Shown here: positions 1 to 10,248 of the stretch, one piece after another
Numbering within the stretch: the first letter of the stretch is position 1
Layout: each line of letters opens with the position of its first letter
IMG/VR virus record: IMGVR_UViG_3300009068_000023
Length of the DNA stretch: 64,000 nucleotides
Reading direction: 5' to 3' (one strand)
DNA from: a virus
Program-made: the position numbers and the translations under genes
Notes under the pieces: generated by a model
Databases searched by the model: none
Told to the model about the DNA's origin: nothing
The model's input: the letters and a program-made list of their open reading frames with translations, nothing else

Positions 1-439
1 TAACAAAGAGAACTATACTAGCAAAGCTATGCCTGCTAATGTTTCCTTGTTTAAACAAATCAAAGATTTTCTTGACGATAAACTGCAATCAGTATATAAT
101 CTAGAAATACCGTTGCATTCAAAGGTACTAAAAGCAGCCGGTAGATGCGATATGCTTGGCCGCATAGATGATAAAATCTGTATTGTTGACTATAAGACGT
201 CATCTAAGATTAAGAAGGACGAGTGGATAGAAGGTTACTTTCTACAGACCACAGCCTACTCGATGATGGTCGAAGAGATGTACGATCTTAAGATCGATCG
301 AATCGTAGTAGTTATTGCAGTAGAAGAAGAAAATGCCCCGCAGATTTTTATAAAGTCTCCGGATGAGTATAGATCTGAAACGATTAACTTATTTAAATTA
401 TATCATACAAATGGCACGCAAAAAGAAAGTAGAATTTAA
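1..439 (+). CDS. PD-(D/E)XK (Cas4-like) exonuclease, 5'-truncated by window edge
   Basis: Motifs AGRCD...IVDYKTS...YFLQTTAY; the frame is open from position 2, so the true start lies upstream of the window. Confidence 0.8.
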   Translation, partial: NKENYTSKAMPANVSLFKQIKDFLDDKLQSVYNLEIPLHSKVLKAAGRCDMLGRIDDKICIVDYKTSSKIKKDEWIEGYFLQTTAYSMMVEEMYDLKIDRIVVVIAVEEENAPQIFIKSPDEYRSETINLFKLYHTNGTQKESRI

Positions 440-950
440 GAAAGAAGCTCTCTATAGCAGCGTAGGTAATTCTGCACAAGAGATTTTTAACAAGATTGGT
501 ATCAATAATGCCATGTCAAAGACTGTTATGATTCAGACAGCTCGAGCATATATTGATAATCAGAGTAATCCAGTCCGAGCATGTAACGCTATTCTACTTA
601 AGCTCGGTGTACCAGTACAATTTAATGCTGAGATGCGTAAGAGCAGAGTATACGCATTAACAGCACTAGATGAAGCAACGACTCAAGGTGAAAATTTTGA
701 TCCTAAGTCAGTATTGTCCATTGCCGAAAAACGTCTAGAAAAGTTGAATACTATTTTAGGCAAAGATATCAGTGTTCAAGAAGAAAAGGAGGTATCCACG
801 TCTAAGTCATCTATTGCTAGAGAAATCTATGCAAGTATGATCGATAAAAAGACAGGTGATATTGTTCGAGAGATATCAGAAAGGTTAAATATTGAGAAGC
901 AGTCGGCTTATGGGTATTACTATAGTGCAAAACGAGCACTAACAGTTTAA
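411..950 (+). CDS. hypothetical protein, possible C-terminal HTH
   Basis: ORF track 363..950; ATG 411 (MARKKK) is the more plausible start; the C-terminus IVREISERLNIEKQSAYGYY is HTH-like. Confidence 0.55.
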   Translation: MARKKKVEFKKEALYSSVGNSAQEIFNKIGINNAMSKTVMIQTARAYIDNQSNPVRACNAILLKLGVPVQFNAEMRKSRVYALTALDEATTQGENFDPKSVLSIAEKRLEKLNTILGKDISVQEEKEVSTSKSSIAREIYASMIDKKTGDIVREISERLNIEKQSAYGYYYSAKRALTV

Positions 951-952
951 GC

Positions 953-983
953 AAACGGGCTTCAATGCCCGTTTTTCTTTTTT
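953..983 (+). terminator. intrinsic terminator
   Basis: aaacgggc-ttcaat-gcccgttt hairpin followed by a T-tract. Confidence 0.8.
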
Positions 984-999
984 AGTTCTAGGAGGTGCC

Positions 1000-1197
1000 A
1001 TGGATTACAGAAGAGCATCAGAACTCGAAGAAATGATTCAAAATCAGATCTTCTACGGAATTCCAATCTCAGAAATATCATCAGATATGCTAGATGATAT
1101 GGATAACGAAGATCTGAGAACGTTCTACATCATAGTTAACATGCTTCACTGGGAAGCCATAGATGATCTCACAAAAGAAGTTGATTTTATTTCGTGA
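1000..1197 (+). CDS. small acidic hypothetical protein
   Basis: AGGAGG RBS immediately upstream; 65 aa ORF. Confidence 0.65.
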   Translation: MDYRRASELEEMIQNQIFYGIPISEISSDMLDDMDNEDLRTFYIIVNMLHWEAIDDLTKEVDFIS

Positions 1198-1239
1198 CGA
1201 AATTAATATATACATGTCATTAATTAAAGGAGATATGAC

Positions 1240-2172
1240 ATGGCACACTTGATTGAGAATATGGCTTATGCTGGCGAAGTACCTTGGCATGGTTTGGGTA
1301 AGGAAGTACCTGCTGACCTGTCCCCTGAGCAAATGCTCAAGACTGCAGATCTAGACTGGACCGTTGATAAGGTTCCTACTTTTATTGATCTTAACGGTGT
1401 TAAGACTGCAACTGGTCGTCATGCGCTAGTTCGCTCGTCTGATAACAGCATTCTCGACGTCGTTACTACCGACTGGAATCCTGTCCAGAACCAAGAAGCT
1501 TTTGAGTTCTTTGATGAGTTTGTACATAGCGGTGATATGGAGATGCATACCGCCGGCTCGTTGAAGAACGGTCAAGTCGTCTGGGCTTTGGCTAAGATCA
1601 AGGACGGCTTTGAGCTGTTTGGTGGTGATGAAGTGAAGGGTTATCTGCTCTTTACTAATCCGCATAAGTTCGGTCAATCGATCGATATTCGTTTTACCCC
1701 TATCCGAGTTGTTTGTAATAATACCCTTACGCTTGCTCTAGATGCTAAGGCTGCTAACTCTTACAAGATGAATCATCGTCGTACGTTTGACGGCGATGTT
1801 GCTAAGGAGATGCTTGGTATTGCTAAGGATAAGCTTCAGACCTATAAGGAGATGGCTGCTTTCCTCGGTAGCAAGCGTTATAACGAGGATAAGGTAAAGG
1901 AATACTTTGCTACTATCTTCCCCGGCCTTACTAAGGAAGAAGGTAAGATGTCTCGTAATGCCGTTCAAGCGCTTGATGTTTTGGAAAAGCAGCCTGGTGC
2001 TAAGTTTGCCGAAGGTAGCTGGTGGCAACCGTTCAACGCAGTTACGTTTATGACTGATCACCTGCTTGGTCGTACTAACGAGACCCGTATTCAGTCGGCC
2101 TGGTTTGGTCCTAACAAGTCCCTCAAGATTAAGGCTCTAGAGAAGGCTGTTGAGTTTGCAGAAGCTGCTTAA
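1240..2172 (+). CDS. DUF932 family phage/plasmid protein
   Basis: MAH..MAY.GEVPWHGLG, TAGSLKNG, TPIRVVCNNTL motifs; AAGGAG RBS. Confidence 0.9.
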   Translation: MAHLIENMAYAGEVPWHGLGKEVPADLSPEQMLKTADLDWTVDKVPTFIDLNGVKTATGRHALVRSSDNSILDVVTTDWNPVQNQEAFEFFDEFVHSGDMEMHTAGSLKNGQVVWALAKIKDGFELFGGDEVKGYLLFTNPHKFGQSIDIRFTPIRVVCNNTLTLALDAKAANSYKMNHRRTFDGDVAKEMLGIAKDKLQTYKEMAAFLGSKRYNEDKVKEYFATIFPGLTKEEGKMSRNAVQALDVLEKQPGAKFAEGSWWQPFNAVTFMTDHLLGRTNETRIQSAWFGPNKSLKIKALEKAVEFAEAA

Positions 2173-2278
2173 TGTTTATCGTTACCATCACTTAATGCTA
2201 ATATACCAGTATTTTTTATTGGCCGGGTATAAAATATTAAGGTAGGATATCCCTACTATTGTTATTAAGGAGACTAAT

Positions 2279-2350
2279 ATGTGGACAAAGCCAACTGCTC
2301 AAGACAAGCGTTTCGGGTTTGAAGTCACGATGTACATTGCATCGCGTTAA
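2279..2350 (+). CDS. pqqA: pyrroloquinoline quinone precursor peptide PqqA
   Basis: Translates to MWTKPTAQDKRFGFEVTMYIASR (23 aa) with the W.KP...D.R.GFE.TMY signature and the E-x3-Y core; AAGGAG RBS at 2267-2272; too short for the ORF track. Confidence 0.92.
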   Translation: MWTKPTAQDKRFGFEVTMYIASR

Positions 2351-2403
2351 TAAGTAGTTCAATATGCCCGGGGCCTCTGCGAAAGCACGCCTCGGCTATC
2401 ATT

Positions 2404-2427
2404 AAAGGGCCTGAAGGCTCTTTTTTT
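2404..2427 (+). terminator. intrinsic terminator after pqqA
   Basis: aaagggcc-tgaa-ggctcttt hairpin plus T-tract. Confidence 0.75.
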
Positions 2428-2428
2428 A

Positions 2429-2436
2429 TATAAATA
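2429..2436 (+). promoter_or_regulatory. T4-type late promoter
   Basis: Exact TATAAATA 26 nt upstream of a fibre gene; the late co-activator gp33 is encoded in the window. Confidence 0.75.
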
Positions 2437-2462
2437 TGAGGTACTGCTAACTCTATAATATC

Positions 2463-3446
2463 ATGCCTAGTAAAAATAAATCCCTTTCTAAATTTGTCTC
2501 TAATGACGCTACAGCATCATTTACTGGAGACATAACAGTCTCCGGAATTCCGGTTATTAATAGTAGTGGGTATTTCGTAGGCCCTGGATATTTTCCTAAA
2601 GGGGAGCCTGGAGAAAAAGGAACCTCTGGCTCAAACGGCAATAAAGGCCAGCCCGGAGATAAAGGGGATAAAGGAGACAAGGGAGAAAAAGGAAGCCAGC
2701 TAACTAGTGCAACTTACTACAATAGTAACAATACAGTAGTCTTTGTTAATAGCGACAATTCCACATTTAACGCTTCCGGTTTAAAAGGTAATAAAGGCGA
2801 TACAGGCACAAAAGGCGATAAGGGCGACAAAGGAGACACAGGAGCAAAAGGCGACACTGGCAGCAAAGGCGATAAAGGGGAAATTGGAGATAAAGGTAGT
2901 AAAGGCGAACAAGTATATACAGTTACATACACAGACGCTAATAGTACTCTTGCTTTTGGCAGCAGTGATGGTTCTTTCTTTTATGCTAACGGTATAAAGG
3001 GTCAGAAAGGGGACTTCCTTAAAGGTGACAAAGGCGACTTAGGAGTAAATCCTAATGCAACTAACACATTTACTGCTTTACAAAATTTTAATGCTATAGA
3101 AGTAACAAAAACACAAGAAATTTTTCAGACTATCAATCAAACTGTTTCTGGCGCGCTTTCTATTAATCTAGACAATGGTAATGTAATTTTTTTAAATCAT
3201 GGCGCTAATATTACATCAATTACTTTATCTAATATACCCTCCAGTAAAGCTTTTGGTTTTTCTATACTAAGAAAAAATACCACAGGTGCTTCACTTACTA
3301 TAAGCTGGGGGTCTGCATTTAAATGGTCAGGGGGCAGCGCACCTGCTTTAACAAATAGTTTAAATGCTATTGATTTATTTACTTTTATAACATTTGATGG
3401 CGGCACTACAATTTATAGTGTTATAAGCGGTATTAATTTTTCTTAA
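2463..3446 (+). CDS. collagen-like fibre protein A with C-terminal beta domain
   Basis: Gly-X-Y blocks rich in GDK/GEK; C-terminal ...WSGGSAPALT...IDLFTFITFDGGTT phage fibre-end domain. Confidence 0.8.
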   Translation: MPSKNKSLSKFVSNDATASFTGDITVSGIPVINSSGYFVGPGYFPKGEPGEKGTSGSNGNKGQPGDKGDKGDKGEKGSQLTSATYYNSNNTVVFVNSDNSTFNASGLKGNKGDTGTKGDKGDKGDTGAKGDTGSKGDKGEIGDKGSKGEQVYTVTYTDANSTLAFGSSDGSFFYANGIKGQKGDFLKGDKGDLGVNPNATNTFTALQNFNAIEVTKTQEIFQTINQTVSGALSINLDNGNVIFLNHGANITSITLSNIPSSKAFGFSILRKNTTGASLTISWGSAFKWSGGSAPALTNSLNAIDLFTFITFDGGTTIYSVISGINFS

Positions 3447-3453
3447 TTAATTT

Positions 3454-4368
3454 ATGTACATAGATTTAGATACTAAAAAACTTCTTCCGGTGTTGCCGCT
3501 TACATATAAACACACCTCAAATTTTAGCGCTTTGTCTGATAGTGAAATTAATCTTTTTAATGTGTATAAAGTTAATTCTTTTATACAGGATGAAAATTAT
3601 ATTACTTTAAGAGAAGTTTTAAGTACCCCTTATTTTTATTCTGATATTATATCTATAGAGCCTGGGCAGCAAGAACCTGGTACTAATGTAAAGATAATAT
3701 TAGACAAAAATTTGATTATAAAAAGAATTAATGAAACTAAAAACCAAACAGGTAACTTCATATCAGCCGGGCATGCTATTGAAGGTTTTGTAGTAGAAGA
3801 AATTAAAAATGTTCAATTGGAACGTAACCGGCCTGAATATAGTTTTATTGATTTAGAAAGTTATATTTTTATATGGATGGGTAAATCAAAATTAGTCAAT
3901 AATGACAAAAAAAATAATAACAATTTTAAATACCTATTACAAAGAACTAATATTAGCACCTTTGATAATTATTTTAAAAAAGATTTTAAAATTTATCAAG
4001 ATACAGGGTTTGAAGGTAAAATTTCATTAGTAGACAAAAGCTTTCAAATAATAAAATTAGAGAACTGTATTAACATAGACCTTATAGATATAAAAAAGAA
4101 TTTTTATTGCGACAGCACGACTATAGAATGTAAAGACATTTTCAGTATAGAACTTTATCGCAAAATAGATCCATTTAATAGCAAAAATGTTATTTTGAAT
4201 AACATAAATAATAGTTTAAATAATATAATAATTTTTACCGTGATTAACAATGAAGATATAGAGCTAAGTAATACTTTTAGTTCGGGTGGTATTAAAATTG
4301 AATCAGAAGGGCATAATACTGATTCAGGTAGATCAAGAATATTAAATAATTATGGTAGATTAGTATAA
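3454..4368 (+). CDS. AT-rich hypothetical protein
   Basis: 304 aa ORF tightly packed between fibre genes; its stop overlaps the next start. Confidence 0.6.
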   Translation: MYIDLDTKKLLPVLPLTYKHTSNFSALSDSEINLFNVYKVNSFIQDENYITLREVLSTPYFYSDIISIEPGQQEPGTNVKIILDKNLIIKRINETKNQTGNFISAGHAIEGFVVEEIKNVQLERNRPEYSFIDLESYIFIWMGKSKLVNNDKKNNNNFKYLLQRTNISTFDNYFKKDFKIYQDTGFEGKISLVDKSFQIIKLENCINIDLIDIKKNFYCDSTTIECKDIFSIELYRKIDPFNSKNVILNNINNSLNNIIIFTVINNEDIELSNTFSSGGIKIESEGHNTDSGRSRILNNYGRLV

Positions 4369-5327
4369 TGTCTAGCTCAGCAACATCAAGATTATTGGCT
4401 TCTGGATCCCAGACACCCGGTGTTCCGCAATCTTTTTCTGTAGCAGTTTCGACCACGGCGCCTAAGTCTTTAAATTTAAGTTGGTCTAGTCCTGCATCTA
4501 TACCTGGGACTAGTATCGACGGGTATAGAATATACCGGGGAGCAACCTTAGTATCTACGCAGACAAGCACATCGTTTACAGATTCAGGGCTTGACTATAA
4601 CACCTCGTATACGTATAGTGTGTATTCATACAATTCCGTTGGGAATAGTAAAACCTCGGCAACCGCATCAAACACCACTTCAGTTGCATGCAATAATGCT
4701 AGCGGTCAACTACTTGCTTCTGGTACTACCGATTCAACTTCTGCTGTAACTGTTCCTGCAGGATGTTTCAAAGTTAGAATTCGAGCTTTAAGCGGAGGGG
4801 GTGGTGGTCAGACAGGCGGTGATGATGTGCATTTTGGTTCCTGTCGTGGTGTAAAATATAATGGAGGAGGGGGCGGCGCTTACATCGACGGTGTAGCCTC
4901 TATGACGCCTGGTGCAAATTATACTATGAGGGCTGGAGGAGGAGGAAACCCTGGTGTCAATGGTGGTATATCTGGTATAGCAGGAATAGTTCAGGTTAAC
5001 GGAGGATCCGCCGGCGGCGCCGGAGGTACAGCAGCATTCACACCAGCCGGTGCCACGGTAACAAGTGGTGGTAACGCTTCTGGCTCGTTCAGCGCTGATG
5101 GCGGTGCAGCTGCATTGTCTGGAAGTAATCCTGCAGGGGTAGCATCTCACGGGGGGACTAGAACGCAAGGCTGTGGCGCATGCGACGGGTGCAGAGGCAG
5201 TACAGGCAACGGTTACGGAGGTGGTGGTTCAGGGGGCACAGACTCAGGCGCCTTGTATGGGGAAACAGCATACGCTGGCGGACCCGGTGCGCCTGGTTAT
5301 GTTGTATGGAATTTTTCAGAAAGTTAA
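4368..5327 (+). CDS. fibronectin type III + glycine-rich putative fibre tip/adhesin
   Basis: FN3 pattern (LNLSWSSP..IDGYRIYR..FTDSGLDYNTSYTYSVYSYN) followed by GGGG-rich segments. Confidence 0.75.
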   Translation: MSSSATSRLLASGSQTPGVPQSFSVAVSTTAPKSLNLSWSSPASIPGTSIDGYRIYRGATLVSTQTSTSFTDSGLDYNTSYTYSVYSYNSVGNSKTSATASNTTSVACNNASGQLLASGTTDSTSAVTVPAGCFKVRIRALSGGGGGQTGGDDVHFGSCRGVKYNGGGGGAYIDGVASMTPGANYTMRAGGGGNPGVNGGISGIAGIVQVNGGSAGGAGGTAAFTPAGATVTSGGNASGSFSADGGAAALSGSNPAGVASHGGTRTQGCGACDGCRGSTGNGYGGGGSGGTDSGALYGETAYAGGPGAPGYVVWNFSES

Positions 5328-5331
5328 TACC

Positions 5332-5937
5332 TTGCAAAATAATAAATGCAAGTTTTCTTCTATTACTTACTTAGAAGACTGGTGGCAAGAAACTCAAAAC
5401 TTTATAGTACCGATTTTTTTAGATAGTAGCAGTTATATTGATGTAACTTTAAGTCATGACGAATGCAATGAACTAATTAACCACGCTAATATAAGAGGTT
5501 ACAACATAAGACATACACTAAGTGGCGGATCGAGAGATGTACATCCTAGCAAAGAGCTTTTACCTATACAAAAAATAAAAAATGTAGTTTTAGAAATAAA
5601 TAAGCTTACATACAAATATGAATTAGATGAAGACAATTTTGAATGTTTAATTCATAAATTTCAAAATGGTCAAGGGTATTGTTTCCATAGAGACATTAAT
5701 AAATACAGACCTTATTGTAAGCTGGCTGCAAGTGTTCAACTTAGTAGATCAGAAGAGTATTCCGGTGGTGATTTAATATTTTTTGAAAACGAAGATCCTA
5801 GATCGCATAATACTATTAAAAAAGAAAGAGGGGCAATTACAGTATTTCCTTCTTTTTGTGTACATAAAGTTTCAACAGTTACAACAGGAATCAGATATTC
5901 TATGATATTATTTTTTTACGGACCTCCTTTTAGGTGA
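5332..5937 (+). CDS. 2OG-Fe(II) oxygenase (PKHD/P4H-like)
   Basis: HRD...SVQLS..EEYSGGDL...FPSFCVHKVSTVTTGIRYS facial triad and 2OG-binding Arg; start uncertain (TTG 5332 chosen; ORF track gives 5173). Confidence 0.8.
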   Translation: MQNNKCKFSSITYLEDWWQETQNFIVPIFLDSSSYIDVTLSHDECNELINHANIRGYNIRHTLSGGSRDVHPSKELLPIQKIKNVVLEINKLTYKYELDEDNFECLIHKFQNGQGYCFHRDINKYRPYCKLAASVQLSRSEEYSGGDLIFFENEDPRSHNTIKKERGAITVFPSFCVHKVSTVTTGIRYSMILFFYGPPFR

Positions 5938-5940
5938 ATT

Positions 5941-6460
5941 ATGAATAGTGACATATTGAGGCAATATTTTTTTATTAGTGAGTTTGAGAAGGAACTAAAA
6001 GATGGGGTACTAGTTTATCCGACTTTTACAGCTACTTTTGAAGAAATTACTAAAAAGCGTACTATCATTTTAACGTTACCGGGCGCATTTACTCCTATTT
6101 GCACATTTAATCAAGTACCTGAGTTTGAAAATGCAGCACAAGAAATTAAAAACCTGGGAATAGAAGAAATATATATTTTGACATCTAATGATTTTTTTAC
6201 TCAACGCGTATGGGCTGATGCAATGAGAATAAAAAAATTAAAGTTTATAAGCGATATAGATTTAATATTTGCAAAAAATTTTAATAATCTTATATATCGA
6301 AATGTATTAGGTTTACGAAGTAGGCGAGAATTATTTATTTTTAATGATAATAAAATAGAGTATCGTTTTTCTGAGGAATATGATACTAACGAAGATCCCT
6401 ATGAAAACACTAAACTAGAAAACTTGTTTAAGTATCTTACCACAATAAAACTTAAAAAAC

Positions 6461-6468
<8 letters not shown>
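5941..6468 (+). CDS. peroxiredoxin (PRX5/redoxin family)
   Basis: LPGAFTPICT peroxidatic motif, NDFF..RVWA, GLRSRR. Confidence 0.85.
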
Positions 6469-7576
<1,108 letters not shown>

Positions 7577-7585
7577 GATAGAGTT

Positions 7586-9643
7586 ATGTCGCTATTTAGT
7601 ACTAGAGGTGCAGCATCAAGTAAAGGGTTTGGATTTACTGGCATATCTTCTCTATCTTATGATTCTTTTTTTAATTATGTTACTTTACTTTTGAAAGGAG
7701 ACGGTACAAATAATGCAAATAACAATGCATTTGTAGATTCCTCGACTAATAACTTTACGATTACTCGTAACGGTAATACCACTCAGGGTTCGTTCAGCCC
7801 TTATGGTAATAATTGGTCAAATTATTTTGATGGGAGTGGGGATTATTTAACTGTAACAAACAACGCAGCATTCAATCTAGGTACTGGCGATTTTACAATT
7901 GAATTTTCTGTATACATAACAGGCAGTTCGCAGTATCAATCACCGGTTGCTCTTTATAATCCAAGCACAAATGGCTATTGTGGAACATCCATAGATACCA
8001 CAAATGGAGACTTTTATTTTTCAATAACTAATGATGCTGGCACTGTTCAAGTATTTTCTACAAGGTACACAATACCCGGGTGGTCAAGAAATCAATGGTT
8101 TAATTTGGCTGTAACTCGTAGTGGCACCACAATAAGTTGGTATTCAAATGGCACGAGGATTGGCACTGCTACAACTACTGAAAGTCTATTAACTGCACCT
8201 AACGTAATGGTTGGTGGATTAACTCCAAATTTTAATGGCAACCCCGTACAACTCGTTACGGGTTATTTGTCTAATGTTCGCATTATTAAAGGCACTGCGC
8301 TGTATACGGGTTCTTCATACACCGTTTCTACTACGCCTTTGACCGCTGTATCTGGCACCTCACTGCTGACCTGCCAATCAAACCGCTTCATCGACAACAG
8401 CACTAACAACTTCGCTATCACGCGTAACGGCGATGTATCTGTCCAACGCTTCAGCCCGTTCTCACCGACTGCTGCTTACTCTACTTCCGTAATTGGCGGT
8501 AGTGGGTACTTTGATGGGACGGGGGATTTAATCTACTGTACCCCAAGCAATTTGACGGGCCAGTTCACCATTGAGGGTTGGTATTACGCCACTTCATTCC
8601 CAGCCCCAGCTGTATTTTTTGGTAACTGGAGTACCGGATGCTTGTTGAGAAAGTCAGGAAGCAACCTTGAGTGGTATTGCAGCCCGGGCGGGACTAGTAG
8701 TTCTACGCAAACAATTAACACAAACCAGTGGTATCACATTGCTGTAACCAGAGACGCCAGTAATGTGCAACGTGTGTTTTTGAATGGCGTTCTTGCGTCT
8801 AGTGCAACTGGTGCTGGCACAGTAACAATGGCTAATTTTTGCATTGGCGCTGAACAAACCATTTCTTCAACAAGCGACATTTGGGCTGGTTATATCAGCA
8901 ATTTTAGAATTCTTAATGGAACGTGCCTTTATACATCGACGTTCACACCGCCAACTACTCCGCTCACAGCAATCGCCAATACCAATCTGCTTTGCAACTT
9001 CACCAACGGTGCCATCTTCGACAACGCGATGATGAACAACCTAGAAACGGTGACTTCTGCGCAAATCAGCACAGCACAAAGCAAGTTTGGTGGAGGGTCA
9101 ATAACATTTCCAGTCAACGATTCATATTTGTTGGCCCCGCCAACCGTTAATTTAGAATTTGGTAGCGGTGATTTTACTATTGAGTTTTGGTGGTATCCAA
9201 CATCAACAGGAAGACAAGCTCTATATCACGGTAGTTTTGGTGCAGACTGGTCTATTGGTATTGATTACAGTAGCGTTTCTACAAATCAAAAAATTGGTAT
9301 ATGGGCCAGCAGTAATGGTTCGTCTTGGAACTTAATTAACGCGGATGGTGGTGGCAACGGGATAGGAACTACAACAGTAACCCAAAATGGGTGGAATCAT
9401 ATTGCTTATGTAAGAAACGGAACAACTTGGATGTTGTTTGTAAATGGCAACCGAGATTTGAATCTTACTGGTATATCCGGTTCTATTGTAAACCGCTCAA
9501 CTTATCAAAAAGGTATAGGAGTTTGGTGGAACTCATCCTCTTTTGCTGAAGCATCAGGCTACATTGACGACCTGCGCATCACCAAGGGCTACGCACGCTA
9601 CACAGCCAACTTTACCTCACCAATCTCTCTTCCCACATCTTGA
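7586..9643 (+). CDS. concanavalin A-like/LamG repeat protein, putative receptor-binding tip
   Basis: Three units of the form DFTIE..W(F/Y/N)(N/H)(L/I)A..R..GY(L/I)..(V/F/L)RI. Confidence 0.85.
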   Translation: MSLFSTRGAASSKGFGFTGISSLSYDSFFNYVTLLLKGDGTNNANNNAFVDSSTNNFTITRNGNTTQGSFSPYGNNWSNYFDGSGDYLTVTNNAAFNLGTGDFTIEFSVYITGSSQYQSPVALYNPSTNGYCGTSIDTTNGDFYFSITNDAGTVQVFSTRYTIPGWSRNQWFNLAVTRSGTTISWYSNGTRIGTATTTESLLTAPNVMVGGLTPNFNGNPVQLVTGYLSNVRIIKGTALYTGSSYTVSTTPLTAVSGTSLLTCQSNRFIDNSTNNFAITRNGDVSVQRFSPFSPTAAYSTSVIGGSGYFDGTGDLIYCTPSNLTGQFTIEGWYYATSFPAPAVFFGNWSTGCLLRKSGSNLEWYCSPGGTSSSTQTINTNQWYHIAVTRDASNVQRVFLNGVLASSATGAGTVTMANFCIGAEQTISSTSDIWAGYISNFRILNGTCLYTSTFTPPTTPLTAIANTNLLCNFTNGAIFDNAMMNNLETVTSAQISTAQSKFGGGSITFPVNDSYLLAPPTVNLEFGSGDFTIEFWWYPTSTGRQALYHGSFGADWSIGIDYSSVSTNQKIGIWASSNGSSWNLINADGGGNGIGTTTVTQNGWNHIAYVRNGTTWMLFVNGNRDLNLTGISGSIVNRSTYQKGIGVWWNSSSFAEASGYIDDLRITKGYARYTANFTSPISLPTS

Positions 9644-9668
9644 CTATTATACTTACTACTACTATAAT
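9640..9668 (+). promoter_or_regulatory. sigma70-type (early) promoter
   Basis: TTGACT-17 nt-TATAAT. Confidence 0.75.
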
Positions 9669-9685
9669 GTCTATGTGGAGGAAAA

Positions 9686-9913
9686 ATGATAGTATGTAGT
9701 TGTAGAGGAATTTCTACTAGACAATATACAACAGAAGAAGCACTAAAAGAAAGAATCATGCAGAAAGATTTTAAGTGCGGAATCTGTCAGACTAAATATA
9801 TAATGGATGGAAATAAATATAAAAAGGAGATTCATTATGGAGTGGTCAAAAATCATAGGTATGATTTTTCCTGTGATGGTAGCAGCAGTAGGTTGGATGA
9901 TAACATCGGTTAA
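9686..9913 (+). CDS. Bfd-like (2Fe-2S) protein
   Basis: MIVCSC...CGIC (CxC...CxxC); GGAGG RBS; the 3' end overlaps the next gene. Confidence 0.6.
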   Translation: MIVCSCRGISTRQYTTEEALKERIMQKDFKCGICQTKYIMDGNKYKKEIHYGVVKNHRYDFSCDGSSSRLDDNIG

Positions 9914-10103
9914 TTCCATGCAAGGTGATTTAATTGATATTAAGTCCAAGATGCCAGCGTTAATTATGTCTCAAGGTGTTCCTACTGATTCACCTCTATC
10001 AGCTGCTGCGAGAGAACAGTTAAAGGAAGATCTGGTTGGTCGTATACAAGAATTAGATGTGCGTGTTCGTCTTCTAGAAGAAAAACTGAAAGACAAGCAC
10101 TAA
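9837..10103 (+). CDS. small membrane-anchored coiled-coil protein
   Basis: AAGGAG RBS before ATG 9837; N-terminal hydrophobic helix. Confidence 0.65.
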   Translation: MEWSKIIGMIFPVMVAAVGWMITSVNSMQGDLIDIKSKMPALIMSQGVPTDSPLSAAAREQLKEDLVGRIQELDVRVRLLEEKLKDKH

Positions 10104-10106
10104 AGA

Positions 10107-10168
10107 ATTGCTGTATGAAGTAGAAGGAAAAGGGTTCTAGACGGCGGTTCGATTCCGCCCATCTCCAC
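10107..10168 (+). repeat. second (orphan) copy of the tmRNA acceptor piece
   Basis: 55/62 identical to 11449..11510; intact T-arm GGCGG-TTCGATT-CCGCC and acceptor strand CATCTCC-A. Confidence 0.85.
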
Positions 10169-10248
10169 TAAGGTTCTTTGTATGCCTTTATTTTAACAAT
10201 TTAATTTTCCTTGAAAAAGGACGTTATCTTATAACAGGGGGAAATAAA

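Noticed and set aside
5173-5331. N-terminal extension of the oxygenase ORF given in the track
   Set aside because: It overlaps the Gly-rich end of the upstream gene in another frame; a start near 5332 is more plausible
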